NCBI RefSeq assembly: GCF_043950625.1
Contig: NZ_CP171007.1
DNA: 32,000 bases
DNA from: Alkanindiges sp. WGS2144
GTDB taxonomy: Bacteria > Pseudomonadota > Gammaproteobacteria > Pseudomonadales > Moraxellaceae
Direction: 5' to 3' (one strand)
Each line of letters opens with the position of its first letter. Within the stretch, counting starts at the first letter, position 1. The notes below the pieces were generated by a model, which had not been told where the DNA came from, did no database searches, and saw only the letters and a program-made list of their open reading frames with translations. The position numbers and the translations under genes are program-made. Shown here one piece after another: positions 8,457 to 18,849 of this stretch.

Positions 8457-10010
8457 ATGAAAATGAAGTCCCTAGCCACCGCTATTGCGCTCACCATTGT
8501 GCCTGCCTCTAGTGTATTTGCCGCCGCCCTGGATCGTTCAGGACAGTCCATTGCTGCTTTCTTACAACCTGACAACTACTTTGAAGTAGGCATGTCAGTT
8601 CTTGACCCGGATGTATCAGGTAAAGAAGCAGGCACCAGTGCAACCCGTAGAAGCATTAGTGATATGGCAGATGATTATGCTTTTGGTCAGGCAGCCATTA
8701 AAGTACAACCTACTAAAAACTTTTCATTCGGTCTTTTGTACGACCAGCCATTTGGAGCAGATGCTACTTATTCTGGTAATAATATTTTTGTTGCCTCACC
8801 TACTGATACTATTTTAGGTGCAGAGCAACTGGCTGGGATTCGTCAGGATCAAATTACCAACAATATCAATGACCGTCTTCCGGGTGCTCTAGAAGCAAAT
8901 TTGGATGCTGGTGTTGACCGCACAGTTTCTGCACAGGCAGCTAATGCTATTGCTACTAACCCAGAATTGGCCGGTGTTCCGCAAGCAGTAGTAGAAGCTG
9001 GTATTCGCAATGATCCGGCAAAAATGGCAGCCATTACTGCTGGTGTAACTAATGCTATTACCCAACAAGTTACTGATCTAGTTACTGAAGCAGTCAATAG
9101 CGGCATTGATGATGTCAATGGCACTGTTGGCGGCACTGGTGGTGGTACTCATGTAGAAGTAACTACCCAAAACTTAAGTTTCCTGTTTGGCTTTCAACCC
9201 AATGAAAACTGGAACATCTATGCCGGCCCTGTGTACCAGACCATCAAGGGTACCTTAAAATTACGTGGTCAGGGTTACAGCCTGTATAACGGTTATGATG
9301 CCAGCATTCCAGAAGATAGCGCCTGGGGCTGGCTGGCGGGTGTGGCCTTCCAGATTCCTGAAATTGCTTTAAAAGCTTCGGTGACCTATCGCTCTGAGAT
9401 TGATTATGACACTAATATCAGAGAGACCATTCCGACCTTAGGTGCTTTGGCATTGCTGGGTCAGGATCCAACAGCTATTGCTAATGCTCAGGGCTTAACC
9501 TCTATTACTACGCCAAAATCTGTAAACGTTGACTTCCAGACCGGGATTATGGCAGATACAGTAGCCTTTGCTAACCTGCGCTGGGTGCCATGGTCTGACT
9601 TCTCCATCCAACCACATAAATTTGGTTTACTGTCTCAGGCAGTTGGCCCACTGGTTGGTCAGCCTAACGGCTTTAATCTGGTTGAATATGCCGATGACCA
9701 ATGGTCTGCCAACGTAGGTGTAGGCCGCAAACTGAATGATCAGTGGGCCGGCAATGTCTCTGTTGGCTGGGATTCAGGTGCTGGCAACCCAGTTACTACG
9801 CTTGGCCCAACTGAAGGCTATTGGAACGTTGGTTTCGGCGTACAATACAGCCCAGCCGCCAACTACTTTGTTGCTGGTGGCCTGAAATACTTCTGGCTAG
9901 GTGATGCCAAGGCTCAAACTGGTGCACAGGCAGGTACTAATGCTTTTGTTGCGGACTTTACTGATAACCACGCCATTGCGTATGGCCTAAAATTAGGCTA
10001 CCGCTTCTAA
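8457..10010 (+). CDS. Outer-membrane long-chain fatty acid/hydrophobic compound channel, FadL/OMPP1/TodX family
   Basis: Signal peptide MKMKSLATAIALTIVPASSVFA. The mature N-terminus ALDRSGQS resembles FadL. Alternating beta-strand pattern, and a C-terminal YGLKLGYRF ending in Phe. Transcribed divergently from fadH. The start is M6 of the ORF-track entry. Confidence 0.75.
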   Translation: MKMKSLATAIALTIVPASSVFAAALDRSGQSIAAFLQPDNYFEVGMSVLDPDVSGKEAGTSATRRSISDMADDYAFGQAAIKVQPTKNFSFGLLYDQPFGADATYSGNNIFVASPTDTILGAEQLAGIRQDQITNNINDRLPGALEANLDAGVDRTVSAQAANAIATNPELAGVPQAVVEAGIRNDPAKMAAITAGVTNAITQQVTDLVTEAVNSGIDDVNGTVGGTGGGTHVEVTTQNLSFLFGFQPNENWNIYAGPVYQTIKGTLKLRGQGYSLYNGYDASIPEDSAWGWLAGVAFQIPEIALKASVTYRSEIDYDTNIRETIPTLGALALLGQDPTAIANAQGLTSITTPKSVNVDFQTGIMADTVAFANLRWVPWSDFSIQPHKFGLLSQAVGPLVGQPNGFNLVEYADDQWSANVGVGRKLNDQWAGNVSVGWDSGAGNPVTTLGPTEGYWNVGFGVQYSPAANYFVAGGLKYFWLGDAKAQTGAQAGTNAFVADFTDNHAIAYGLKLGYRF

Positions 10011-10024
10011 GATACCGGCAATTG

Positions 10025-10057
10025 AAAAAGGCGCTATTGAATGTAGCGCCTTTTTTA
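10025..10057. terminator. Bidirectional terminator between the FadL-like gene and thrH
   Basis: GGCGCTA (10030-10036) pairs with TAGCGCC (10044-10050). A5 lies upstream and T6 downstream. Confidence 0.8.
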
Positions 10058-10105
10058 TTTAACTATTTGTTCAATACACTAAAAATAGTAACTTAACCAG
10101 CCAGC

Positions 10106-10723
10106 TTAAGCCGGAATATTTCTTTGTGACACGCTCCGAATCGCTTCTTTTAACGCTTCGTAGCCATGAATGGCTGGAAATTGTGGAAACTCGGCAATCA
10201 CATTGGCCGGGGCATCAAATAAAAAGCCATGATCCGCTTCACTCAGCATGGTGGTGTCATTATAGGAATCACCTGCGGCAATGACCCTGAAGTTTAGCTG
10301 GTGCAAGGATTTGACTGCTTCACGTTTTTGATCAGGCTGACGCAGCTTATAATGGGTGATCATGCCGTTGTCATCGACTTCCAGCTTATGGCAAAAAATA
10401 GTTGGCCAGCCTAGCTGTTTCATCAAGGGATGAGCAAATTCATAAAAGGTGTCTGACAGAATAATCAGCTGAAAATGAGTACGCACCCACTCAACAAACT
10501 CAAAAGCACCAGGCAGCGGCCCCATATCAGCAATGACTTCCTGAATGTCTGGCAATCCCAGATTGTGCTCACGCAGAATATTCAAACGCTGGGTCATCAG
10601 CACATCGTAATCTGGAATATCGCGCGTGGTGGCTTCAAGTGCTTTAATACCCGTTTTTTTGGCAAAATTAATCCAGATTTCAGGCACCAGTACCCCTTCC
10701 AGATCCAAACATACCAATTCCAT
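10106..10723 (-). CDS. thrH: Phosphoserine phosphatase / homoserine phosphotransferase ThrH (HAD family)
   Basis: MELVCLDLEGVLVPEIWI...TTRDIPDYDVLM...ILSDTFYEF...AAGDSYNDTTMLSEA is nearly colinear with Pseudomonas aeruginosa ThrH as I remember it. Confidence 0.85.
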   Translation of the reverse strand: MELVCLDLEGVLVPEIWINFAKKTGIKALEATTRDIPDYDVLMTQRLNILREHNLGLPDIQEVIADMGPLPGAFEFVEWVRTHFQLIILSDTFYEFAHPLMKQLGWPTIFCHKLEVDDNGMITHYKLRQPDQKREAVKSLHQLNFRVIAAGDSYNDTTMLSEADHGFLFDAPANVIAEFPQFPAIHGYEALKEAIRSVSQRNIPA

Positions 10724-10980
10724 GATGACTCCAAATCTTCAAAAAAGTTTAATATAAGCCGGATTTATGCGTCGCAACTGTACATGGGTTTTTGAGTTTG
10801 GTCGAGCCTTAATGCGTTGGCTGCTTTTCTATAATCCAGTTTTTATTTTTTCTCAAGTGAGCTTATCCCTAATAAAATAGCCAACTTTACTTTATAATTT
10901 TATACGCTTGCTTTAGGGGCTTTTTTTAAAGCATCTTTTTATGCGTGTTGCTTATGCCCAGCCTTTTGCCAGGAGTTGTT

Positions 10981-11715
10981 ATGACTGTTATCCCAACCAT
11001 TGACCAAACCCAGGCACTGGCTTTGACCTACGCCGATCGCTCACCGCGAGAAATTCTGGAACTGGCCCTAAACCAGCCGGGAGAAACAGCCATTTCTTTT
11101 AGTGGTGCCGAAGATGTCGTACTTATTGATATGGCCTCCCGCATTGGTAAGCCATTTCGCGTATTTAGCCTAGATACTGGACGCCTGCATGCACAAACTT
11201 ATCAGTTTATGGAAACCGTACGCAAGCATTATGGCATTACTATTGAGTTTTGTTTTCCAGAAGCTACTGCTGTTCAGGCGCTGGTTAATGAAAAAGGACT
11301 ATTTAGTTTTTATACTGATGACCATAAAGAATGTTGTGGAATTCGTAAAGTTCAGCCCCTGCGTAAAAAACTGGCAACTCTTGATGGCTGGATTACTGGT
11401 CAGCGTAAAGATCAAAGCCCAGGCACCCGCGATGATATTCCCGTCATTCAGGCTGATCCGGGCATGGCAGGCCCTGGTCGTGAACTGATCAAATATAACC
11501 CACTGGCTAACTGGAGCAGCAGCGATGTCTGGAATTATATTCGCATGATGGAAATACCATTTAATCCGCTGCATGAGCAAGGTTTTGTGTCCATTGGCTG
11601 CGAACCATGCACCCGTCCGGTTTTACCGAATCAGCATGAGCGCGAGGGTCGCTGGTGGTGGGAAGATGCCACTAAAAAAGAATGCGGCCTGCATGCGGGT
11701 AATTTACAAGCATAA
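10981..11715 (+). CDS. cysH: Adenosine 5'-phosphosulfate (APS) reductase, Fe-S type CysH
   Basis: The PAPS/APS reductase fold carries the extra cysteine pairs KECCGIRKV and IGCEPCT, plus the catalytic ECGLH near the C-terminus. The ATG at 10981 is preceded by CCAGGAG; the ORF-track start at 10945 has no SD. Confidence 0.88.
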   Translation: MTVIPTIDQTQALALTYADRSPREILELALNQPGETAISFSGAEDVVLIDMASRIGKPFRVFSLDTGRLHAQTYQFMETVRKHYGITIEFCFPEATAVQALVNEKGLFSFYTDDHKECCGIRKVQPLRKKLATLDGWITGQRKDQSPGTRDDIPVIQADPGMAGPGRELIKYNPLANWSSSDVWNYIRMMEIPFNPLHEQGFVSIGCEPCTRPVLPNQHEREGRWWWEDATKKECGLHAGNLQA

Positions 11716-11728
11716 ATACGACGCATAG

Positions 11729-11771
11729 TCTGCCTGAATAACACTTAATCCATTCAGGCAGATATTCTTTT
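11729..11771 (+). terminator. cysH terminator
   Basis: 11-bp stem TCTGCCTGAAT (11729-11739) pairs with ATTCAGGCAGA (11752-11762), followed by a T-rich tail. Confidence 0.65.
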
Positions 11772-12049
11772 AAGCAGAAAATATAAATAAATTGTCAGAC
11801 AGTCGTGATCAATTTAAAGGATTCCAACCAGAAAACAAGACTCAATATATTCATTTTAAAAAAGTATTTTCTTTAAATTAAACAGGTTAATAAACATTTA
11901 ATTTTCCTGATATACATACATGCGATGATAAAATATCGTGCTACAATGCAAAATATTGTCTTACAGTTAGTAAAAACAGGTGTTCTTGCGTCAAGATGGT
12001 GCTGGCACTGGTAAATTATATAAGAAACTACAGCTTGGAGAAGTTTAAC

Positions 12050-13438
12050 ATGCGTCCGCTCAGTCCCATTGACTTTATTTTTCTAACTCTGGAAAAACGT
12101 CAGCAGCCTATGCATGTGGGTGGCTTGTTTTTGTTCAAACTTCCAGAAAATGCACCCGCCGACTTTGTCCATCAGCTAGTTGAAGACATTCGTAATTCAC
12201 GTGCTGTTCCTGTGGCACCATTTAACCAGGTGCTTAATGGCCTGCTCTGGGGCGAAGATGAAGAGTTCGACCTGGATCAGCATTTTCGTCATATCTCCCT
12301 ACCACATCCGGGGCGTATCCGCGAATTACTGGTATATGTATCCCAGGAACACAGTGCACTGATTGACCGCGCCAAGCCCCTCTGGGAATGCCAGATTATT
12401 GAAGGTATTGAAGGCAACCGCTTTGCAATGTTCTTTAAGATGCATCACGCCATGGTGGATGGTGTAGCCGGAATGCGATTACTGGAAAAATCGCTCTCCC
12501 ATTCGCCTACTGAAAACAGCATTGTGCCGCCATGGTGCGTCAAGAACAATAAGCTTAAACGTCCAAAAACCAGCCCAATTAGCAAAACCACCAAACTGTT
12601 GCGACTGGTCACCGACCAGATAAAAACCGTTCCTAACCTAAGCCGCGAGTTAACCCATACTCTGGTTCATGAGATGCGTAGCAACCCGGATTATGTCTCT
12701 ACTTTTCAGGCGCCAAAATGTATTTTTAACCAGCCAATCAGTGCATCACGACGTTTTGCCGCACAGTCTTATGAACTGGCGCGTTTTCGTACTATTGCCA
12801 AAAAGCTGGATGCCACCATTAATGATGTGGTGCTGGCAGTATGTTCAGGCGCCTTACGCTCCTATCTGATTGGGCAGCGAGCCTTGCCTAAAAAGCCCCT
12901 TATTGCCATGGTACCCATATCGATTCGTCAGGATGACAGTGACAGCGGCAACCAGATTTCCATGATTCTGGCCAATCTGGGCACCCATAAAGGTGATCCA
13001 ATGGAACGCCTGAATATTATTAAACGTAGTGTTTCCAACGCCAAAAGCCGTTTTGGCCGTATGAATCCCACTGAAATTCTAGGTTATAGCGGTGTGGTCT
13101 ATGCCATGGCAGGCCTCAATTTGCTTTCTGGTGCCATGCCACGTCATCAGGCTTTTAATCTGGTCATCTCCAACGTGCCCGGGCCACGAGAACCACTGTA
13201 CTGGAATGGTGCCAAGCTGGATGCGCTTTATCCGGCTTCGGTACTCATGGATGGTCAGGCGCTAAACATTACCCTGACTAGTTATCTGGATAAACTGGAA
13301 GTAGGTATTACTGCCTGCCGCAGCACCCTGCCACGGGTACAAAGCCTGCTGGCCTTGCTGGAAGAAGAAATTCAGACCTTTGAGCAGTTAACCCGGCATA
13401 TCACACTACCAGCCAGTCCATCCAACCTGGTTTCTTAA
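12050..13438 (+). CDS. atfA: Wax ester synthase / acyl-CoA:diacylglycerol acyltransferase (WS/DGAT)
   Basis: MRPLSPIDFIFLTLEKRQQPMHVGGLFLF and the catalytic HHAMVDGVAG motif closely resemble Acinetobacter baylyi AtfA. The ATG at 12050 is preceded by GGAGAAG. Confidence 0.9.
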   Translation: MRPLSPIDFIFLTLEKRQQPMHVGGLFLFKLPENAPADFVHQLVEDIRNSRAVPVAPFNQVLNGLLWGEDEEFDLDQHFRHISLPHPGRIRELLVYVSQEHSALIDRAKPLWECQIIEGIEGNRFAMFFKMHHAMVDGVAGMRLLEKSLSHSPTENSIVPPWCVKNNKLKRPKTSPISKTTKLLRLVTDQIKTVPNLSRELTHTLVHEMRSNPDYVSTFQAPKCIFNQPISASRRFAAQSYELARFRTIAKKLDATINDVVLAVCSGALRSYLIGQRALPKKPLIAMVPISIRQDDSDSGNQISMILANLGTHKGDPMERLNIIKRSVSNAKSRFGRMNPTEILGYSGVVYAMAGLNLLSGAMPRHQAFNLVISNVPGPREPLYWNGAKLDALYPASVLMDGQALNITLTSYLDKLEVGITACRSTLPRVQSLLALLEEEIQTFEQLTRHITLPASPSNLVS

Positions 13439-13466
13439 AATTACAGATTTACTGGCTATTTTTAAC

Positions 13467-13492
13467 AGGGGGCATTTAAAGCTCCCTTTTTT
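13467..13492 (+). terminator. atfA terminator
   Basis: AGGGGGC pairs with GCTCCCT (7 bp including one G-U), followed by T6. Confidence 0.6.
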
Positions 13493-13620
13493 ATAGCATT
13501 TACTGATTAACACTTAATCAGTTGAGCCCTCTTTGCTACTTTTGGAGTTTAGTCTCACGTCCAAAATTGCTATATATTTTATTAAACCACTGATTTTCAT
13601 TTTTATAATCTGGATATGTT

Positions 13621-14802
13621 ATGTCAGCTTCCATTCTGGTGATTAATTGCGGTTCTTCTTCCATTAAATATGCGCTTATTTCTGATAAAAAACATCCACG
13701 CATTTATGGGCTTGCCGAAAATCTGGGAACCGAAACTGCACGTATTAAAGGCATAACGGTAGGTGGCAAGCCACTACTGCTGAGTATTCCCTATGCCGAT
13801 CATGCCAAAGCACTAGAAACCCTGCTGAGACGACTGGCTGACTATACACCGCAGGCTATTGGACACCGGGTAGTACATGGAGGCGAAAATGTCACCAAGG
13901 CGGAGAAAATTACCCCAGAACTGGTTCAGATTATCAAGGAAGCCTCCCCCTTGGCACCCCTGCATAACCCGGTTAACCTGATTGGCATTCGTGCCACCTT
14001 GAAACTGTTTCCCGAATTACCTCAAGTCGCCGTTTTTGACACTGCATTTCACCAGACCATGCCGGCACATGCCTTTTTATATGCCTTGCCGCAATCACTG
14101 TATCATGACCACAGTGTACGTCGTTATGGCTTTCATGGAACCAGTCATGCGTATGTTAGTGAACGCACCAGCATACTGGCGGGTAAGCCTGGTCAAGGCG
14201 GCTGGCTAACCGCGCACCTGGGCAATGGCTGCTCAACCTGTGCTGTCTGGAATGGCCAAAGCCTAGATACCAGCATGGGCTTAACCCCCCTTGAAGGCGT
14301 AGTTATGGGAACCCGTAGTGGTGATGTAGACCCTGGATTACATCGTTTCCTGACAGACAATCTGGGCTGGTCTATCTCCAAAATTGATGATGTACTCAAT
14401 CGTGAAAGCGGACTTCTGGGCCTATCTGGCCTGTCCAACGATATGCGCACCCTGGTAGAGGCTGCTGACAGCGGCAATAACGCTGCGCACCTGGCTATTG
14501 AGGTGTTTTGCTATCGTCTGGCCAAATCACTGGCTGCCATGAGTTGCGCCCTGCCTGTGCTTGATGGTCTGATTTTTACTGGTGGTATTGGTGAAAACGC
14601 GGCCTTGGTGCGTCAAAAAACGATTCAACACTTAAATTTGCTGGGCTTTAAACTTGATGAACAAAAAAACCAGGCCATGGTAGGCGGTCAGGAGGGGCGT
14701 ATTGATCAGCCTCAGGCGACCGCGCCTCAGATTTGGGTCATTCCAACAGATGAGGAAGGCCAGATTGCTGCCGAAACCCGTCAGGTTTTAAACCTTGATT
14801 AA
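13621..14802 (+). CDS. ackA: Acetate kinase
   Basis: [36 protein letters not shown] and GGIGENA are canonical acetate kinase motifs. Confidence 0.95.
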   Translation: MSASILVINCGSSSIKYALISDKKHPRIYGLAENLGTETARIKGITVGGKPLLLSIPYADHAKALETLLRRLADYTPQAIGHRVVHGGENVTKAEKITPELVQIIKEASPLAPLHNPVNLIGIRATLKLFPELPQVAVFDTAFHQTMPAHAFLYALPQSLYHDHSVRRYGFHGTSHAYVSERTSILAGKPGQGGWLTAHLGNGCSTCAVWNGQSLDTSMGLTPLEGVVMGTRSGDVDPGLHRFLTDNLGWSISKIDDVLNRESGLLGLSGLSNDMRTLVEAADSGNNAAHLAIEVFCYRLAKSLAAMSCALPVLDGLIFTGGIGENAALVRQKTIQHLNLLGFKLDEQKNQAMVGGQEGRIDQPQATAPQIWVIPTDEEGQIAAETRQVLNLD

Positions 14803-14870
14803 ATGGTTAAGGGTCGGATTCACTAAACCTGGCCTCTTAAATCTTTAGCTAACGAATAATAGCAACGACA

Positions 14871-17042
14871 ATGGATAAACGCATGAAAACTTTTTTATTA
14901 ATCCCCTCTGGCGAAGGCGTAGGCCTGACGTCTGCCTGTCTTGGCCTGATTCACGCACTGGATTGCCTGGGTATTAAGGCAGGCTTTTTAAAACCCTTTG
15001 TTCAATCCGAGCCAAATAGTAATGGCCCTGATCGTTCGTCGGCTCTAGTCGGTCGTACCTTTAACCTCAACCCACCGCCAGCAATTGGTCAGCATCAGGT
15101 TGAGCGCATGCTGGGAGATAACCAGCTGGATGAACTGCTGGAAAAAGTAGTCAGCCTGCATCGCAATGCTGCACAGGATAAAGACATTGTGGTGGTTGAA
15201 GGTATCGTACCAACCGGTGAAGCCAGCTATGCTGCCCAGCTCAATAGCGCACTGGCACAGGCGCTGGATGCTCAGGTCATTCTGGTGACCACTGCCGACA
15301 TCAATCAGGCTGAAGCACTGGCTGACCGTATTGACATGCACTTGCGTCCGTATGGGGGCACTGCTTCATCACGTGCTGTTGGCGTCATATTGATGCGGGT
15401 ATGTGGTCTACCCTCCAGCGATCCTTTAATCCCGCTAGCGACCGATAATTCATTACGTTTAACAGAACCCCTGAATGAATTAATTCAGCAGGTGCAGCCG
15501 TTTTCTCCTTTGGTAGGCACAAAAAAATTTCCCATAATTGGTTTGGTGCCATTTAGCAGTGTGCTGAGTGTACCCCGTACACTGGATGTGGCTGATGCTA
15601 TTGGCGCACGCTGGCTGAATACCGGCGATGCAGAAAAACGCCGGGTACAGCGCAGTACCCTCACTGCCCGTACAGTAAGTAATGCCTTGTCCAGCTTTAA
15701 ACCGGGTACCCTGATTGTTACGCCGGGCGACCGCGATGATCTGCTGGTTGCCGCAGCACTATCCACCATGAATGGTATGCCACTGGCAGGCGTTTTGCTC
15801 ACAGGGGGTTATATGCCCAGTGAGGAAATTATTGAACTATGCCGCCCGGCTTTAAAAACCGGACTGCCCGTCCTATCGGTAGATACTGATTCTTATGAAA
15901 CCGTTAGCCGCCTAAGCCGGATGAGTAATGAAATTCCCAGTGATGATCTGGAACGCGCTGAACAGGTCACCCACTTTGTTTCCAGTCATATTGATCTGGA
16001 CTGGCTAAAAGTGCACACCGCACTTGATTATGTGACTCGCCTGTCACCCTCTGCATTCAGGCATGAACTGGTACAACTGGCTTTGGCGCAACGCAAGCGT
16101 ATTGTGCTGCCCGAAGGAAGCGAACCAAGAACTATTCAGGCCGCTGTGATCTGCCAGGCACGGGGTATTGCCCAGTGTGTGCTGCTGGCAAAGCGGGAGG
16201 AAGTGGAAACCATTGCCGAAGCACGTGGCATTGAGCTGCCGGATGATCTGGAAATCATTGATCCGGATACCATTCGCCAACGCTACATTGCCCCTATGGT
16301 GGAGCGACGCAAGGGCAAGCTGACTGAACCCATGGCCGAGGCTCAGCTACAGGATAGCGTAGTACTGGGCACCATGATGCTGGCATTAGGTGAAGTAGAC
16401 GGACTGGTATCGGGTGCTATTCACACCACTGCCAACACCGTACGCCCGGCATTTCAGTTAATCAAAACTGCACCCGGTTACTCACTGGTCTCTTCAGTAT
16501 TCTTTATGTTGCTGCCGGATCAGGTGGTGGTTTATGGAGACTGTGCCATTAACCCTAACCCCAATGCTGAGGAACTGGCAGAAATTGCCCTGCAAAGCGC
16601 GGACTCTGCCCAGGCATTTGGCATTGAGCCACGTGTTGCCATGATCAGCTACTCCACCGGTGAATCTGGCTCTGGTAGCGAGGTTGACAAGGTTCGGCAA
16701 GCCACCCAGATTGCCAGACAGCGCCGTCCCGATCTGATTATTGACGGCCCACTACAGTACGACGCCGCTGCCATTGAAAGTGTCGGCCAGCAAAAAGCGC
16801 CCAACTCACCTGTAGCAGGTCGTGCTACCGTGTTTATTTTCCCAGATTTAAACACGGGCAACACCACCTACAAAGCCGTTCAGCGTAGTGCCAATGTGCT
16901 CAGTGTCGGCCCCATGTTGCAGGGCCTGAACAAACCGGTGAATGACCTGTCGCGTGGTGCACTGATAGATGATATTGTTTATACCATTGCCCTTACCGCC
17001 ATCCAGGCCATGCAGCCCAACAACACAGACAATAATATGTAA
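14871..17042 (+). CDS. pta: Phosphate acetyltransferase (long form with an N-terminal regulatory domain)
   Basis: The N-terminus LLIPSGEGVGLTS resembles E. coli Pta. The C-terminal PTA domain shows GLVSGAxHTTANTVRPA and SVGPxLQGLxKPVNDLSRG. The start may instead be the ATG at 14883. Confidence 0.95.
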   Translation: MDKRMKTFLLIPSGEGVGLTSACLGLIHALDCLGIKAGFLKPFVQSEPNSNGPDRSSALVGRTFNLNPPPAIGQHQVERMLGDNQLDELLEKVVSLHRNAAQDKDIVVVEGIVPTGEASYAAQLNSALAQALDAQVILVTTADINQAEALADRIDMHLRPYGGTASSRAVGVILMRVCGLPSSDPLIPLATDNSLRLTEPLNELIQQVQPFSPLVGTKKFPIIGLVPFSSVLSVPRTLDVADAIGARWLNTGDAEKRRVQRSTLTARTVSNALSSFKPGTLIVTPGDRDDLLVAAALSTMNGMPLAGVLLTGGYMPSEEIIELCRPALKTGLPVLSVDTDSYETVSRLSRMSNEIPSDDLERAEQVTHFVSSHIDLDWLKVHTALDYVTRLSPSAFRHELVQLALAQRKRIVLPEGSEPRTIQAAVICQARGIAQCVLLAKREEVETIAEARGIELPDDLEIIDPDTIRQRYIAPMVERRKGKLTEPMAEAQLQDSVVLGTMMLALGEVDGLVSGAIHTTANTVRPAFQLIKTAPGYSLVSSVFFMLLPDQVVVYGDCAINPNPNAEELAEIALQSADSAQAFGIEPRVAMISYSTGESGSGSEVDKVRQATQIARQRRPDLIIDGPLQYDAAAIESVGQQKAPNSPVAGRATVFIFPDLNTGNTTYKAVQRSANVLSVGPMLQGLNKPVNDLSRGALIDDIVYTIALTAIQAMQPNNTDNNM

Positions 17043-17065
17043 TAAGAACTTACATTTTCCTGTTA

Positions 17066-17103
17066 AAAATTCGGCGCTTTTTTAACCACTGCGCCGGTTT
17101 TAT
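17066..17103 (+). terminator. Probable pta terminator
   Basis: CGGCGC (17072-17077) pairs with GCGCCG (17091-17096), followed by GTTTTATT. The loop is long, so this is only a moderate call. Confidence 0.45.
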
Positions 17104-17128
17104 TCACTAACTGTATAAAAATAAATCA

Positions 17129-17182
17129 ATTAATATAACTTAAAGCAAATTTGAAAATTTTACTGCTTTAAGTTATATTAAT
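17129..17182. repeat. Perfect 19-bp inverted repeat
   Basis: ATTAATATAACTTAAAGCA (17129-17147) pairs with TGCTTTAAGTTATATTAAT (17164-17182) across a 16-nt spacer. It lies immediately upstream of rsfS. Confidence 0.8.
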
Positions 17183-17195
17183 AGTGCCTAACTGT

Positions 17196-17666
17196 ATGGA
17201 TTTAATTCACTATATGAATATTGAACCTTCTCCAGGTCAATCATCAACATCTGATAATACTTACGGCAACACAGGTATTATCGCAGATTCAACGGTTTCC
17301 CCAGTTTCCTCCAGCGAAAAAAGTGCCCAAGAATGCCTTGATATCGTTCGCTTTGCCTTGAATGATGTCAAGGCACAGAATATTGTCGAGCTTGATGTCA
17401 GCAACATTACCAATATTGCCGATATGGTGGTTATTGCCAGCGGTACCTCTACCCGTCATGTTAAAGCACTGGCTGACAACGTGATCGAAGAAGCCAAAAA
17501 GCGTGGCTATCGTCCGGTCGGTGTAGAAGGCGAACGTGACGCTGAATGGATTTTAATTGATTTAAGTTTTGTAGTAGTACATGTCATGTTACCTACAGCG
17601 CGTAAGTTTTACGATCTTGAAAGCTTATGGCGCCCTGTTGATCAACAGTCTATTTCCTCACAGTAG
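17196..17666 (+). CDS. rsfS: Ribosome silencing factor RsfS (iojap family) with a Ser/Thr-rich N-terminal extension
   Basis: The C-terminal 110 aa (ALNDVKAQNIVELDVSNITNIADMVVIASGTSTRHVKALADNV...WILIDLSFVVVHVM...FYDLESLW) match the RsfS pattern. The start is uncertain: GTG 17184, ATG 17196 or ATG 17214. Confidence 0.8.
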   Translation: MDLIHYMNIEPSPGQSSTSDNTYGNTGIIADSTVSPVSSSEKSAQECLDIVRFALNDVKAQNIVELDVSNITNIADMVVIASGTSTRHVKALADNVIEEAKKRGYRPVGVEGERDAEWILIDLSFVVVHVMLPTARKFYDLESLWRPVDQQSISSQ

Positions 17667-17704
17667 TCTGAATTACCCGCATTTGTTCCATCATGTGCGG
17701 ACAG

Positions 17705-17741
17705 AAAAAAGCAGAGTCTAATATTTCACTCTGCTTTTTTT
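17705..17741 (+). terminator. rsfS terminator
   Basis: AAAAAAGCAGAGT pairs with ACTCTGCTTTTTT across a 10-nt loop, followed by a T-run. Confidence 0.8.
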
Positions 17742-17901
17742 GTGCCCCAAATATGCACTTTAAAAATCTGATTTTGTCATAAGCATAGCATTTTATTTTA
17801 TAAGCCTTATCAGCCAATTGCGGGTAAAGCACCACGCCGTCGGCTCCGAATTGTGCTACTATTTTGCCCCGTTCTTACATTCCCTCTTGCTGGATAATTC
17901 A

Positions 17902-18810
17902 ATGACTGAGGAAAAACTGACTCATCTCAAACAGCTAGAAGCTGAGAGCATTCACATTATTCGTGAAGTAGCCGCCGAATTTGATAATCCGGTGATGCTG
18001 TATTCTATTGGTAAAGACTCCGCAGTGATGCTGCATCTGGCAATGAAAGCCTTTTATCCAGCCAAGCCCCCTTTTCCGCTCATGCATGTGGACACTGGCT
18101 GGAAATTTAAAGAAATGATTGCCTTTCGGGATCAACTAACTAAAAGGCTTGGGCTTGAATTGATTGTTCATCAGAACAAAGAAGGCCGTGACGCAGGAAT
18201 TAACCCGTTTGATCATGGCAGCTCTAAATATACTGACATCATGAAAACGCAAGGCTTAAAGCAAGCACTGGATAAACATCAGTTTGATGCAGCGTTTGGT
18301 GGCGCACGCCGTGATGAAGAAAAATCACGTGCCAAAGAGCGTGTTTATTCTTTCCGTGACAGCAAACATCGCTGGGATCCCAAAAACCAGCGTCCTGAGC
18401 TTTGGAATATTTACAACGGCAAAGTGAACAAGGGCGAAAGTATTCGGGTATTCCCATTGTCCAACTGGACTGAATTAGACATTTGGCAATATATTTATCT
18501 GGAACAAATTCCAATTGTACCGCTGTATTACTCGGCCAAGCGTCCTGTGGTTGAGCGTAATGGCACCTTAATTATGGTGGATGATGAGCGTATGCCACTG
18601 CATGAAGGCGAAGTGCCCGTGATGAAGTCTGTACGCTTCCGTACCCTGGGCTGCTATCCATTAACAGGTGCAGTTGAATCAACCGCAGATACGTTGCCTG
18701 AAATTATTCAGGAAATGTTGCTCACCACCAGCTCGGAGCGTCAGGGTCGCATGATTGATCACGACGAATCTGGTTCGATGGAAAAGAAAAAGCAAGAAGG
18801 CTACTTCTAA
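17902..18810 (+). CDS. cysD: Sulfate adenylyltransferase subunit 2
   Basis: [27 protein letters not shown]...YSIGKDS...[21 protein letters not shown]...KKKQEGYF is nearly colinear with E. coli CysD. The true ATG is at 17902; the ORF-track 5' extension is not supported. Confidence 0.95.
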   Translation: MTEEKLTHLKQLEAESIHIIREVAAEFDNPVMLYSIGKDSAVMLHLAMKAFYPAKPPFPLMHVDTGWKFKEMIAFRDQLTKRLGLELIVHQNKEGRDAGINPFDHGSSKYTDIMKTQGLKQALDKHQFDAAFGGARRDEEKSRAKERVYSFRDSKHRWDPKNQRPELWNIYNGKVNKGESIRVFPLSNWTELDIWQYIYLEQIPIVPLYYSAKRPVVERNGTLIMVDDERMPLHEGEVPVMKSVRFRTLGCYPLTGAVESTADTLPEIIQEMLLTTSSERQGRMIDHDESGSMEKKKQEGYF

Positions 18811-18816
18811 GAATGA

Positions 18817-18849
18817 GCAAGGATTAGTGAAACATTGTTTCACCCTTGC
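18817..18849 (+). other. Strong intercistronic RNA hairpin just after the cysD stop
   Basis: GCAAGG-atta-GTGAAACA-t-TGTTTCAC-CCTTGC gives 14 bp in two helices. No T-run follows, so it is not a canonical terminator. Confidence 0.45.

Noticed and set aside
11739-13519. Identical 12-mer TAACACTTAATC at 11739-11750 and 13508-13519
   Set aside because: In 32 kb of AT-biased sequence, tens of 12-mer coincidences are expected by chance. Both copies lie in unrelated hairpin or loop contexts.
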